Shown: positions 21,892 to 31,908 of the stretch, piece after piece | Numbering within the stretch: position 1 is the stretch's first letter | Layout of the letters: each line of letters starts with the position of its first letter | Assembly: GCA_963713045.1 (NCBI GenBank) | Contig: CAVQKE010000004.1 | Coordinates: 32,001 to 96,000, forward strand | Direction of reading: 5' to 3' | Length of the DNA stretch: 64,000 nucleotides | Origin: an uncultured delta proteobacterium | GTDB lineage: Bacteria > Myxococcota > Myxococcia > Myxococcales > Myxococcaceae | Position numbers and translations under genes: made by a program | Notes under the pieces: generated by a model | Seen by the model: only the letters and a program-made list of their open reading frames with translations | What the model was told of the DNA's origin: nothing | The model's database searches: none

Positions 21892-22967
21892 GCCGGGGGA
21901 GCCGTCCCGGGCGCTGGGGTGCGCTCGGCTGGCTCCTGCTCGCGGCCTGTGCCGGCGGCCAGGCCGGCCCTTCGGCGGGCGAACTTCCCAGCTGGGCCCG
22001 TGCGCAGTCCACGACGCACCCCGAGCCGGAGGTGGTCCGCGGCACCCACCGGGTGGAGAAGGGCGAAACCTGGTTCCGCATCGCCAAGGCCTACGGGCTG
22101 TCCGCCGACGAATTGGCCGCGGCGAATGGCCGGGACACCAGCGAGCCACTGACGGTGGGGACGGAGTTGCTCCTCCCAGCCGCCCTGGAGTCGGCCAACC
22201 ACACCTCGGGCACGACCGCCGCCTCTCGGCCGATGGCCGAAGCCCCCCAACCCACCGCCGACGCCAAGGCCTGGGAGACACCGGTGGAGCCGTTGGCCGG
22301 CCAGCCGCTTCCGGCTGCGTTGCTGCGGGCCTTTGACGTCGCCACACCACCGCCGGGTGACGTCCCACTGCCGGAGGGGCTGGCGCGAGCCTTTGACCAT
22401 CCGACGGCCCCCATGCCAAAGCCCGTGCCAACCGTTGCCGTTGCAGTTGGGGGCCCGGAGGCCAAGTCCGCCACCGTTGCCGCAAGCATTGGGCCTGCGC
22501 CCGTCAGCCAAGGCCCACCGCGGGCGCCCGTTGTCGCCGGAAGAATGGCCGTCACGTCCCGGGGCGCTGGGGCGTCGGTGCCCGCCGGCGCGCTCCAGTG
22601 GCCGCTGCGAGGCGTCCTGTACGCGCGCTTCGGAAAGAAGGGGCGGGAACCCCATGACGGCATTGACTTGGCCGCGCCGGCGGGGACGCCGGTGCGGACG
22701 GCGGGGGAGGGCGTCGTCTTATTTGCCGGGCCGCAGTCCGGTTATGGCCTGATTGTGGTGGTCGGCCACGACAAGGGCCTGGTGACGGTGTACGCCCACA
22801 GCCGGGACTTGCGCGTGCGGACCGGCCAGACGGTGCGGCCCGGCCAAGTCATCGCCACCGTCGGTGAGTCTGGAAAAACCAGCGGCCCTCACCTGCACTT
22901 CGAAGTCCGGGTGGAGGGCGAGCCGGTGGACCCCTTGCGATTTTTAGGGCCGGTGCCAGCGCCATAG
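21888..22967 (+). CDS. LysM + M23 peptidase lipoprotein (NlpD-like)
   Basis: LAAC lipobox, LysM HRVEKGETWFRIA, HDGIDL and HLHFEVR motifs. Confidence 0.9.
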   Translation: MSRGSRPGRWGALGWLLLAACAGGQAGPSAGELPSWARAQSTTHPEPEVVRGTHRVEKGETWFRIAKAYGLSADELAAANGRDTSEPLTVGTELLLPAALESANHTSGTTAASRPMAEAPQPTADAKAWETPVEPLAGQPLPAALLRAFDVATPPPGDVPLPEGLARAFDHPTAPMPKPVPTVAVAVGGPEAKSATVAASIGPAPVSQGPPRAPVVAGRMAVTSRGAGASVPAGALQWPLRGVLYARFGKKGREPHDGIDLAAPAGTPVRTAGEGVVLFAGPQSGYGLIVVVGHDKGLVTVYAHSRDLRVRTGQTVRPGQVIATVGESGKTSGPHLHFEVRVEGEPVDPLRFLGPVPAP

Positions 22968-23347
22968 CGTTTGCGCCCAGCCAGGGGCTTGAGGGCTTTT
23001 TGCGTCAGCCGAGCGCGCCACTTCTCTGCGGCAACCGTGTGTCAGCCTCGCAAAGCCGCGCCCTGCGCTAACCGGCTGCATTGCGGTGCGCAAGCCGGCG
23101 CTGGGCGCCTTGTTGGCCCAGGCGTCGAGACTCCAGGCGACCGTAAAGTCCTGCAGGACCGCCGTCCGCGCTCTGGGGAAAAAAGCACGGAGCGCGGCTG
23201 GCCCCAATGCGTGAATTTCGACCAAAGGCGCTTCCAGGGCTGGAGTCCGGAGAGCCTCATCCCCTGGAATCCGGCGATGTTCATGACGGAGTAGCCTCAG
23301 CGGGATCGGCCTGCCGATGTCCCTCTGAGCGAACCCGCTTACCGGCG

Positions 23348-24001
23348 TCAATGCACCTTGCGGTAGACGCCCACCACCTGGCCCAAAATCATCGTCGAGC
23401 GGAACTGGGACTTGTTGACGTAGATGGGCGCCATGGTGCGGTTGGCCGGCTGAAAGCGGATGCGGTCGCCCTCCGGGTAGTAGCGCTTGCAGGTGGCCTC
23501 GTCGTCGATGAGGGCGACCACAATGTCGCCCGCGCCGGCGGTCGGCGTCTTCCGGACGAAGAGGTAGTCGCCGTCGTGGATGCCGTCCTCAACCATCGAT
23601 TCGCCCTTCACGCGTAGGGCGAAGACTTCCTTGCCGCTTCCGCCCAAGAGGAAGCTGTCGATTTTGACGGAGTCCTCGACATTTTCGACCGCCAACAGCG
23701 GAACGCCGGCGGCGACGCGCCCCAGCACTGGCACCTCCACCAGGTTGGCGTCGCGCCGGCCGGCACCGATGCCCAACACCAGCCGGGCGCGCTTGGTCGG
23801 AACCAGGGCGCGGGACTGCTGCTCGCCCCGAAGCACATAGCCCTTGCGCTCCAACGCTTTGAGGTGGTCGTTCACCCCGTTGGTGGAGCGAATGTCCATC
23901 TCTTCACCGATTTCCCGGATGGTGGGGGGGTAGCCGCGTTCCTCAGTCTCCTTGACGATGAATTGGAGGATTTCGCGCTGCCGTCCGGTGAGCTCTTCCA
24001 T
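23348..24001 (-). CDS. lexA: SOS repressor LexA
   Basis: [17 protein letters not shown] wHTH, VAAG cleavage site, GESM serine, TCKR lysine. Confidence 0.97.
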   Translation of the reverse strand: MEELTGRQREILQFIVKETEERGYPPTIREIGEEMDIRSTNGVNDHLKALERKGYVLRGEQQSRALVPTKRARLVLGIGAGRRDANLVEVPVLGRVAAGVPLLAVENVEDSVKIDSFLLGGSGKEVFALRVKGESMVEDGIHDGDYLFVRKTPTAGAGDIVVALIDDEATCKRYYPEGDRIRFQPANRTMAPIYVNKSQFRSTMILGQVVGVYRKVH

Positions 24002-24069
24002 CGTCTTCCCTCCCGAGGGTGCCCAGGGACGAGCGCCCGAGGGCTGCAGATTGCGACCCGGACAGGGTG

Positions 24070-24092
24070 CCTGAACGGACGTGCAGAGTCAA
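24070..24092 (-). promoter_or_regulatory. Myxococcus-type LexA box with adjacent -35 element
   Basis: Minus strand TTGACT followed directly by CTGCACGTCCGTTCAGG, matching the M. xanthus LexA consensus CTRHAMRYBYGTTCAGS at all positions. Confidence 0.85.
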
Positions 24093-24186
24093 CCGAATGG
24101 CGGTCAAACTCCCGCCCGCGCCTTCGCCGGGGGCAGGTTAGGCTTGTCCCCAGGTGGACGTGCTCTCGCTGAGGCGCCCGGGCGCC

Positions 24187-24675
24187 ATGGTTGCCATCGC
24201 CGTGGGCCTGCTGGCTGCCGGCTGCCGCAGCGTCAACCTCCACGAGGGCGTGGTGTACACGCCGGACACCCGCTACCGGATTGGGCCGATTCCCCCGGAC
24301 TGGCACCAGGTCAACCTCAAGGACAGTGACTTTGCCTGGGTGACGAGCCCCAGTGCGTACGCCTTCTGGGTGAACTCCACCTGCAAGGAGTTCGAGGACG
24401 TCCCTTTGGTGGCCCTCAACCGGCAGCTCCTCATTGGCTTCACCGACGTGCAGAAGTTAGAGCAGCACACAGCAACGCTGGACGGTCGCGACGCTCTCTT
24501 TTCGCAGTACATCGCCAAGATGGATGGGGTGCCCCGCGAGCTGGGGCTGGTGGTAATGAAGAAGGACGGCTGCATTTACGACTTTGCCTACGTCGCGCCG
24601 GTGGGCCAGTACCCCCAGCGGCTGGGGCAATTCCAGGCGCTGGTGAATGGCTTTGCAACGGAGCCCCGGACGTGA
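24187..24675 (+). CDS. Lipoprotein, first gene of the Mla/MCE operon
   Basis: LLAAGC lipobox; GTGA overlap with mlaE; the start could be GTG 24154. Confidence 0.75.
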   Translation: MVAIAVGLLAAGCRSVNLHEGVVYTPDTRYRIGPIPPDWHQVNLKDSDFAWVTSPSAYAFWVNSTCKEFEDVPLVALNRQLLIGFTDVQKLEQHTATLDGRDALFSQYIAKMDGVPRELGLVVMKKDGCIYDFAYVAPVGQYPQRLGQFQALVNGFATEPRT

Positions 24676-25520
24676 GTCCCTCACCCAGCACCTCCCGGCC
24701 AGAGGGGCCCGAGTCCATCGCCGGGCTGGCCGTCCAGCAACTCGAGCAGCTGCTGCCCTTTCGGCGTCGGGCGCTGAATGCCCTGGACGCGTTGGGGGGC
24801 TGCTTCGTCCTGGCCGGTCGCGGCCTGGTGCGTGGCCTTCGCCCCCCGGTGGAAGTCGGCCCGCTGCTCGACCAGGTGGAGTCGCTCGGCGTTCGCTCGC
24901 TGTCCATCGCCACCTTCACGGCTGTCTTCGCCGGGCTTGTCATCTGCCTCCAATTCGGCTTCTTCCTGGGCCGCTTTGGCGTCGCTCACACCGTCGGCAA
25001 AGTGGCCATCCTCACCATTTTCCGGGAGCTGGGACCGGTGCTCACCGCCCTCACCGTCGGCAGCCGCATTGGCTCCGGCATCGCCGCGGAGCTTGGCTCG
25101 ATGAACGTCACCGAGCAGCTCGACGCCATTCGGGCGCTCGGCGCCGACCCGGTGAAGAAGCTGGTCTCGCCCCGCCTCTGGGCCTGCATCATCGTCCTGC
25201 CGCTGTTGACGGTGCTGGCGGATGTGATGGGGATGGCGGCTGGGGCGGCGGTGGTGGATTTCGAGTACCACATTCCGGTGGTGCAGTTTTACGAGTCGGC
25301 GCTGGACACCGTGGACTTGAAGGACTTCCTGAGCGGCGTCGGCAAGTCGGTCGTCTTCGGCGCCATCGTCGGAGCGGTGGGGTGCTACCAAGGCTTTGCA
25401 GTGAAAGGGGGCACCGAAGGGGTGGGTCGGGCGACCACCGAGACGGTGGCCGTTTCGTCGGTGGCGGTGCTGGTGGCGGACTTTTTCCTCACCAAGCTGC
25501 TGCTTCTGGTGCTGGCTTGA
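24672..25520 (+). CDS. mlaE: MlaE family ABC permease
   Basis: RELGPVLTA, IAAELGSMNVTEQLDA, GVGRATT. Confidence 0.93.
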   Translation: MSPSPSTSRPEGPESIAGLAVQQLEQLLPFRRRALNALDALGGCFVLAGRGLVRGLRPPVEVGPLLDQVESLGVRSLSIATFTAVFAGLVICLQFGFFLGRFGVAHTVGKVAILTIFRELGPVLTALTVGSRIGSGIAAELGSMNVTEQLDAIRALGADPVKKLVSPRLWACIIVLPLLTVLADVMGMAAGAAVVDFEYHIPVVQFYESALDTVDLKDFLSGVGKSVVFGAIVGAVGCYQGFAVKGGTEGVGRATTETVAVSSVAVLVADFFLTKLLLLVLA

Positions 25521-26290
25521 CTGACGACGACCTCATCCGCGTCGAGGACCTCAAAAAGTCCTTCGGGCCAAAGGTGGTCTTCGACGGTCTGACCCTCACT
25601 GTCCGCCCGCGCGAGACGCTCAGCATCATCGGCGGCTCGGGAAGCGGAAAGAGCGTCCTCCTCAAATCGCTCATTGGGCTGGTGCACCCGGACGCCGGAA
25701 GCATCGAATTCAAAGGGCAGGAGATTACCTACTATTCTGAGCAGCAGTTTCTCGACGTGCGCCGGCAGGTGGCCTACGTGTTTCAAGGCTCGGCGCTGTT
25801 TGACTCCCTCACCGTGGGGGAGAACATCGCCTACCCCTTGCGCGAGCACTTTCCGAAGATGAGCCGTGAGGAGCTGGCGGAACGGGTGGCGCGAACACTG
25901 AAGATGGTCAACCTGCCCGGCATTGAGGCGATGTCCCCAGCGGACCTCTCCGGCGGCATGAAGAAGCGGGTGGGGCTGGCACGGGCCATCACCACCGACC
26001 CAGAAGTCATCCTCTGGGACGAGCCCACCACCGGCCTCGACCCGATTAGCACCCGCATCATCGAGGACCTCATCCTGCGGATGAAGGCCGAGCTCGGGGT
26101 CACCTCCATTGTCGTCACCCACGACATGCCGTCGGCCTTCTATGTCTCCGACCGGATTGCGCTCATTGCCAACAAGCGGATTTCCCAGGTCGGAACGGTG
26201 GCCGAGATGCAGGCCAGCCGCAACAGCGAGGTGCGCACCTTCCTCGATGCGCGTTTGCCACGGGCCCAGAGCCGCGGAGTGGGGGCATGA
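25517..26290 (+). CDS. mlaF: MlaF family ABC ATPase (TTG start overlapping mlaE stop)
   Basis: GGSGSGKS, LSGGMKKRVGLARA, WDEPTTGLDP, VTHD. Confidence 0.93.
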   Translation: MTDDDLIRVEDLKKSFGPKVVFDGLTLTVRPRETLSIIGGSGSGKSVLLKSLIGLVHPDAGSIEFKGQEITYYSEQQFLDVRRQVAYVFQGSALFDSLTVGENIAYPLREHFPKMSREELAERVARTLKMVNLPGIEAMSPADLSGGMKKRVGLARAITTDPEVILWDEPTTGLDPISTRIIEDLILRMKAELGVTSIVVTHDMPSAFYVSDRIALIANKRISQVGTVAEMQASRNSEVRTFLDARLPRAQSRGVGA

Positions 26291-27480
26291 CGCAAGAGAC
26301 GGCGGAGAAGAAAGAGCGCCGCACCATCGTCCGTGCCGGCGTCTTCGTGGCCCTGGCGCTCGGACTGTTTGCGGTGGTGGTGGTGCTCATTGGCAAGGCC
26401 AACCGACTCTTTGAGCGTCAGGTCAACTTCCACATGTATTTCGAGAACGTCGAAGGGTTGAAGACGGACTCACCGGTGTGGGTGGGTGGCCTCGAAGTGG
26501 GGCGGGTGAGCGCCATCGACTTCCTCTCTGACATCGAGGACCGTCGCATCGACGTGAAAGTGCAGTTGGCCCGCCGTTTCTCCAACCGCGTCCGAGCGGA
26601 CTCGGTGGCCCGCATCACCAGCCGAGGCGTGCTGGGGGACAAGGCCATCGACATCTCCATGGGGTCGTCCCAAGCCGCCCCCATTCCCCCGGGCGGAGAA
26701 ATTCCCAGCGGCTCCTCGGGGGAACTCAGCGCCCTGTTGAAAAATGGGGGCGAGGTGCTGGAGAACGCGGTGGCCATCACCAAGGACCTTCGCCGCACGG
26801 TGGCTGCCTACTCGGACCCGGCCCTCAAAGACGACGTTGCCGCCACGCTGTCGTCGTTCCGAGACATTTTTGGCCGGGTGGAGAAGGGCCCGGGGACGCT
26901 GCACGCCCTGATTTACGACAAGCAGACTGCCGAGGAGGCCCGCACCCTCATCTCGCGCTTTTCCTCGGTGGCGGCGCGCATTGACCATGCGGTGAATGAG
27001 GTGGACGCTCTGTTGGAGGCGGCAAGGACGGGTCCGGGCGCGGTGCATGCGCTTCTCTACGACGGCGAAGGCGGCAAGGCGGTGGGCGAAATCGGCCAGG
27101 CGGCCGCCGAGCTGAGCACCCTCCTCCATGACGCGCGCACCAGCCCCGACGGCGCGATTCACCAGCTGGTGTACGGCGACGGCAAAAACCTCATGTCCAA
27201 CCTGGCCGGCGTGGCGGCGGACTTGAAGGCCATCACCGGCACCATCCGCAGTGGCGAGGGGACGCTGGGGGCGTTGGTGAACGACCCAAGCGTCTATGAC
27301 GACTTGCGCACCATTCTCGGCAACCTGAAGCGCAACCGCATTCTCCGGGAGCTGGTGCGGATGACGGTCAGCAACGGCGGCGAACTGGAAAAGTCCGGCC
27401 AGCCGGTGGGGGGCTCGGCGCCGCCCCCACCGCCGGCGACGGCCCCCCCCGCCCCCGTCCCATCTGGGCCCCAGCCATGA
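26287..27480 (+). CDS. mlaD: MCE/MlaD family protein with long helical extension
   Basis: N-terminal TM, GLKTDSPVWVGGLEVGRV, GVLGDKAIDI, GEGTLGALVND. Confidence 0.88.
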   Translation: MTQETAEKKERRTIVRAGVFVALALGLFAVVVVLIGKANRLFERQVNFHMYFENVEGLKTDSPVWVGGLEVGRVSAIDFLSDIEDRRIDVKVQLARRFSNRVRADSVARITSRGVLGDKAIDISMGSSQAAPIPPGGEIPSGSSGELSALLKNGGEVLENAVAITKDLRRTVAAYSDPALKDDVAATLSSFRDIFGRVEKGPGTLHALIYDKQTAEEARTLISRFSSVAARIDHAVNEVDALLEAARTGPGAVHALLYDGEGGKAVGEIGQAAAELSTLLHDARTSPDGAIHQLVYGDGKNLMSNLAGVAADLKAITGTIRSGEGTLGALVNDPSVYDDLRTILGNLKRNRILRELVRMTVSNGGELEKSGQPVGGSAPPPPPATAPPAPVPSGPQP

Positions 27481-28412
27481 CGCCGGTCAGCTTCGGCCGG
27501 GCCCTGCGCCTCGGCGTCTCCACGGCCTTCCACCATGCCGCCCCTGCGCTGCTGGTGGCACTGGCAGCCTGCGCGGCGACGTTGTGCTCGACTCTGTTGT
27601 GGGTCACTGGGCTCGCTGCGGTGGTGTCCGACGGCGCCCGGGTGCGCTTTGCCAGCGTCCTCGTCGCGCTGACCGTGGCCTGGGTGCTCCAGGCGTTGGT
27701 TCTCGGGGGCGCAGTCCAGCAGGCTGGCGCGGCGCTGCGCCGTCGGTCGTCTCTGCCCTTGCTGGAGGCCATCGCGGTGGCTGCGCCGCGAGCCCTGGGC
27801 TGGGCGGTGCTGGCCGCGGCGGCGCTGCTGGCGTGGAGTGGCTGGCAGCTGCTGGTGGGAGGCGCCGGCGCGGTGCTTTTCCTCCGCGGCCTCCTGCACC
27901 ACCCGGGAGGGCTGGCCGGTGCCCTGGGGCTGGCCCTCGCCGGGACGTTAGGGCCCTTGGGTGCGCTGCTGCTGCAGCTGGTGACGGAAATGGCGCTGGT
28001 GCGTGCCGTGGTGCGAGACGAGTCGCCCGCGGTGGCCGGCTGGGAGGCGGTGCGTGCACTCCTCCAGCGGCCCTGGGCGCCCCTTGGCGTGTGGCTTGTG
28101 ACTGAGGTGCTGGCCGCCGCGGTGGCCGGCACTGCGGCCGCCTTCTCGGTCACAGCGCCCGGCACACCCCTGCGCGTCGCCGGCATTGGAATGCTTCTGC
28201 AGGTGGCCATTGCCACCCTGGCCCGCGCGGTGGCGCAGCTGGTCCGGCTGGGGGCCTTCGGTGCGCTGGAAGCTGACCGAAGTGGCGAGCTGCCGCCGGC
28301 CCCGGCGCCTCCAGCCCGCCCGGCGCCCGTACCGCGTGCTGAGTTGGTGCCGGAAGGCGAACCCATCCTCGAAGCGCGCGCCGTGGATGCCCCATCAGGG
28401 AGCGGGGGATGA
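27477..28412 (+). CDS. Hypothetical integral membrane protein
   Basis: Multiple hydrophobic helices; ATGA overlaps on both sides. Confidence 0.75.
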   Translation: MTPVSFGRALRLGVSTAFHHAAPALLVALAACAATLCSTLLWVTGLAAVVSDGARVRFASVLVALTVAWVLQALVLGGAVQQAGAALRRRSSLPLLEAIAVAAPRALGWAVLAAAALLAWSGWQLLVGGAGAVLFLRGLLHHPGGLAGALGLALAGTLGPLGALLLQLVTEMALVRAVVRDESPAVAGWEAVRALLQRPWAPLGVWLVTEVLAAAVAGTAAAFSVTAPGTPLRVAGIGMLLQVAIATLARAVAQLVRLGAFGALEADRSGELPPAPAPPARPAPVPRAELVPEGEPILEARAVDAPSGSGG

Positions 28413-28810
28413 AGCTGGAGGGTGTGCACCACGTCGCCCTTCAAGTCCGCACCCTGGCGCCGATGGTGGCGTTCTACCGGGACGTCCTCGGGCTGCCCGT
28501 CCTGGCCGAGCACCGCAGCGGGGATGGGCAGCTGCGCAGCGTGTGGATGGGGCTGCCCGGGGCCTTTCTCACCCTGGAGACGGTGGTGGGCGAGCCGCCT
28601 CCCCCAGCGCCGTTCCGCAACCACACCCCGGGCTGGTTCCTGCTGGCGCTGCGCATCCCCGCCACGGAGAGGGCGCAGGTCCGCGCGGAGCTGGAGCGGG
28701 TCCACGTCGCGGTGGAGCACGAGACGCCTTGGACGCTGTACGTCCGGGACCCGGAGGGAAACCGCGTCGGGTTAAGCCACCACCCCCACCAAGCGGAAGG
28801 CCCCAGCTAA
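28409..28810 (+). CDS. VOC/glyoxalase family protein
   Basis: VHHVALQV...FYRDVLGL...YVRDPEGN. Confidence 0.88.
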   Translation: MKLEGVHHVALQVRTLAPMVAFYRDVLGLPVLAEHRSGDGQLRSVWMGLPGAFLTLETVVGEPPPPAPFRNHTPGWFLLALRIPATERAQVRAELERVHVAVEHETPWTLYVRDPEGNRVGLSHHPHQAEGPS

Positions 28811-30562
28811 CTAGTTCTCGCCGCTCGGCTTGAGGGCCACGTCGTACTTCAGCGTCTGCTCTGGACGGATGGCGAAGGACTCCTGCCACACCGCGTCGCC
28901 CAGCGTCACCTTCAAATGGTGGGTGCCCTCGTAAACGGGAATTTCAGCCGCTGGCTTCAGCCCGAGGACATGGCCGTCCAAGGCGAGCGAGGCGCCGTCG
29001 GGCATCCGCACGCTGAGTGTGCCCCTGCCAATGGTGAACGTCTGACGCGTCACGCCTTCCTTGCCCACCAGCACCGCCCGCTTCACGTCGATGCCCCGGG
29101 ACTTGTCGATGAGTTCCACCACCCGCCGGCCCGGCGCCGCGGGCACCGTCACCGGAGACTTCCCCACCTTCACGCCGTCCAGGACGACGTCCACCGTGGG
29201 TTCGACGGTGAGTTCCAGCAGCGTCATGGGCATGCGCCCTGGGGCCGGCACCGGGGAGAGGTGGCCGTCGGAGGCGGAGGGGCCCAAGGGTGCTGGGCCC
29301 GGCCTGCCGACGACGGCCTGAGTGGCGTCGGTGCGTGTCTCGGTATGGCCGGGGTCCCGTGAGGCGAGCGGCTGGGGGGCGGCGGCTGCCGGGGGCTCGG
29401 GGGGGATGGCGGCGACGGTGGAGGTGCCAGGCGGAGAGACAATCATCGGCCGGGTGGGGGCGTGCCGGCTGGCCAGCCAGATGGCGCCCACCACGCCCAC
29501 CGCCACCGCGGCGCCCAACACCAGGGGCAGACGACTGCGCCAGTCTGGCCGCGGCTCAACTTCATAGGGCTCCGGTGCCGGGCGCACCGCCGGCGGGTGC
29601 TTGGGCTCGCGGGCCTTTGCTTCTGCCTGCCGCCGCGCCTGCGCGGCGCGGGCCTCCTCCAGCACTTGAGCGCGGGCGGCTCGAGGCGAGTTTTCCTTGG
29701 GGAAGTGCCGTTCCATGAAGGCGGCCACGTCCCCGTGCGGCGCCAGAGTCAAGGCCTGGTCCACTGCGTCCCGGAAGGCAAGGGCTGTCGGGTAGCGGTC
29801 CGCGGCGCGCTTGCGCGTGGCGCGCTCCAAGACTGGCACCAACTCTGGCGGAACGTTGTCCTCCGGCTCGAGGGGCAAAGGGGCAGCGACCACCGCGTGG
29901 TCCAATTCCGGGACGCCCTCCCACGGCTTCTTCCCACTCACCATTTCGTAGAGGAGCAACCCCATCAGGAAGACGTCGGTTTGCGGGGTGCTTGCGGTGC
30001 GGCCGCCAATAATCTGCTCCGGCGCCGCGTAGCGGCGGCGGTTCACCACCCGCAGGCCAGAGGCTTCGCGAGGGGCGACGGCCAGCGCGCCATACCCCGA
30101 GGCCTTGGCCTTGCCGGCGTAGGTGACCATCACCGTCTCCGGCCGCAAGTCGCCGTGCACCATCGGCGAGCCGTCGTCGTTGCCGGCGAGGTGCGCGTAG
30201 TGGGCGCCCAGCGCGACGTCCGCGGTAATGCGGGCGGCAATCCGCGGAGGCAACGGGGCCACCAGGTCCAGCACTTGCCGCAGTGACTCGCCGTCGACGA
30301 ATTCCACGACGCGGGCCAGGCCCTCGGCCAGGGTGGCCAGGCCAAACACCGTCACAATGTGCGGATGCTGCAGTTCCGAGGCGCGCCGCGTGTCCCGGCG
30401 CAGTTGGCCAGTCCGCTCCTCGTCGCGGGCAAGGTCCGGCGGGGCCCAGACGAGGACGACGGCCTGTCCGGGCCCGTCGGCCGCCTCCTCAATGCCCAGC
30501 ACGGCCGTCGAACGGGTGCCGGCCAGCAGGGGCCCGACGGGCCGGTATGTGGGGTTGTGCAT
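28811..30562 (-). CDS. Membrane Ser/Thr pseudokinase with C-terminal PEGA-like domains
   Basis: LQHPHIV, HGDLRPET, YAAPEQ, TDVF kinase fold; TM segment; the catalytic Lys and DFG are absent. Confidence 0.85.
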   Translation of the reverse strand: MHNPTYRPVGPLLAGTRSTAVLGIEEAADGPGQAVVLVWAPPDLARDEERTGQLRRDTRRASELQHPHIVTVFGLATLAEGLARVVEFVDGESLRQVLDLVAPLPPRIAARITADVALGAHYAHLAGNDDGSPMVHGDLRPETVMVTYAGKAKASGYGALAVAPREASGLRVVNRRRYAAPEQIIGGRTASTPQTDVFLMGLLLYEMVSGKKPWEGVPELDHAVVAAPLPLEPEDNVPPELVPVLERATRKRAADRYPTALAFRDAVDQALTLAPHGDVAAFMERHFPKENSPRAARAQVLEEARAAQARRQAEAKAREPKHPPAVRPAPEPYEVEPRPDWRSRLPLVLGAAVAVGVVGAIWLASRHAPTRPMIVSPPGTSTVAAIPPEPPAAAAPQPLASRDPGHTETRTDATQAVVGRPGPAPLGPSASDGHLSPVPAPGRMPMTLLELTVEPTVDVVLDGVKVGKSPVTVPAAPGRRVVELIDKSRGIDVKRAVLVGKEGVTRQTFTIGRGTLSVRMPDGASLALDGHVLGLKPAAEIPVYEGTHHLKVTLGDAVWQESFAIRPEQTLKYDVALKPSGEN

Positions 30563-30612
30563 GGTGTGCAAGGTCTGCCAACAGGGATGCTACTGCGGTC
30601 TGCGCACCCGTC

Positions 30613-31908
30613 TCAAAAACGGAAGCCCAAGGGGTAGGTAAACGGCCCACGGCGGACCGACAGCAAGACGCCCCGCCCGTGGCTCGACATCAGGCCGTCG
30701 CGAAAACCGTCCAGGGTGTCCACCGGCTCGTTGTCCAAACGGGTGATGAGGTCGCCTGGTTCCACCCCGGATTGGGCGGCCTGGCTCCCACGCCGCACCC
30801 CCACCACCACCAGGGCCCCCTTTCCCGCGGAAACTTTCACACCCAGTCGCTCCCAGGCGAGGGCGTCCACCACCGCCGCGGGGAACTTCTCTGGCACGAC
30901 GGTGAGGGTCAGCTGTTGGCCGACGCGGAACACGGTGAGGGTGAAGGACGTCCGCGCCGGGTAGCCGCGCAGGCGTGCGGTGAAGTCCTCCACGTCCGCC
31001 ACCGGAGAGCCTGAAATCTCGGCCACCACATCCCCGCGGCGCACGCCGGCGGTCGCACCTGGGCTGGCTGGCTGGACCCGCTCCACCAGCACCCCGGAGG
31101 AGCGCTCCCAGCCCAGCTTATGCGCGGCGCTCGCGGTCAGCGGCACCGCCTCAATGCCGACCCACGCCGGGCGGACCTTCCCGAAGTTTTTCAATTCGGT
31201 GACGATGCGCCGCACCTTGTCGGCTGGAATAGCGAAGCCGATGCCCTGGGCGGTGGCCAGGATGGCGGAGTTGATGCCAATCACGTCCCCGTCGAGGTTG
31301 AGCAGCGGACCGCCGCTGTTGCCGGGGTTGATGGCAGCGTCCGTCTGAAGCAACTCATCGAAGACTTGGTCGTTTTCGGCTTTGAAGCTGCGGCCGATGG
31401 CCGACAGCACGCCCACCGTGACTGTCTTCTGCAGCCCGAGGGGGGAGCCGATGGCCACCACCGTCTCCCCAATCATCAAATCCGCCGACGTGCCGAGCCG
31501 CGCCGCAGGGAAGGGTCCCTTGGCCTGGATGCGCAGCACCGCTAAGTCATTGGCGGCGTCGCTGCCCACCACTTCTGCGTCCAATTGGCGTCCGTCGGCC
31601 AGCACCACGTGAATGGCAGACGCGCCGCGGATGACGTGGTCGTTGGTGACGATGAGCCCCGCGGGGTCAATCAGCACCCCGCTCCCAAGGGACTGCACGC
31701 TGTGCCCCCGGGCTTGCCCCCGTCCACTGAAGAGTTCCCCCTCGGTGCCGATGAAGACGACCGCCGGGCTGACCTTCTGCACCACCTCCACCACCGCACT
31801 CCGGCGCTTAGCGACGTCGGCCGAGGCCACGCTGGCCAAGGCGAGGCCGGCCACGGCGCACAAGCGCCAAGTCCGCGCACGCCGCTGGGCCCGGCCAGCT
31901 CGCCTCAG
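30613..31908 (-). CDS. HtrA/DegP-family serine protease with two PDZ domains
   Basis: GSG, TNDHV, DLAVL, QTDAAINPGNSGGPL; start is CTG 31908 (strong SD) or TTG 31923. Confidence 0.92.
   Translation of the reverse strand: MRRAGRAQRRARTWRLCAVAGLALASVASADVAKRRSAVVEVVQKVSPAVVFIGTEGELFSGRGQARGHSVQSLGSGVLIDPAGLIVTNDHVIRGASAIHVVLADGRQLDAEVVGSDAANDLAVLRIQAKGPFPAARLGTSADLMIGETVVAIGSPLGLQKTVTVGVLSAIGRSFKAENDQVFDELLQTDAAINPGNSGGPLLNLDGDVIGINSAILATAQGIGFAIPADKVRRIVTELKNFGKVRPAWVGIEAVPLTASAAHKLGWERSSGVLVERVQPASPGATAGVRRGDVVAEISGSPVADVEDFTARLRGYPARTSFTLTVFRVGQQLTLTVVPEKFPAAVVDALAWERLGVKVSAGKGALVVVGVRRGSQAAQSGVEPGDLITRLDNEPVDTLDGFRDGLMSSHGRGVLLSVRRGPFTYPLGFRF

Noticed and set aside
24647..26290. 547-aa ORF suggesting an N-terminally extended ABC ATPase
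   Set aside because: The extension overlaps mlaE in another frame; the real start is TTG 25517
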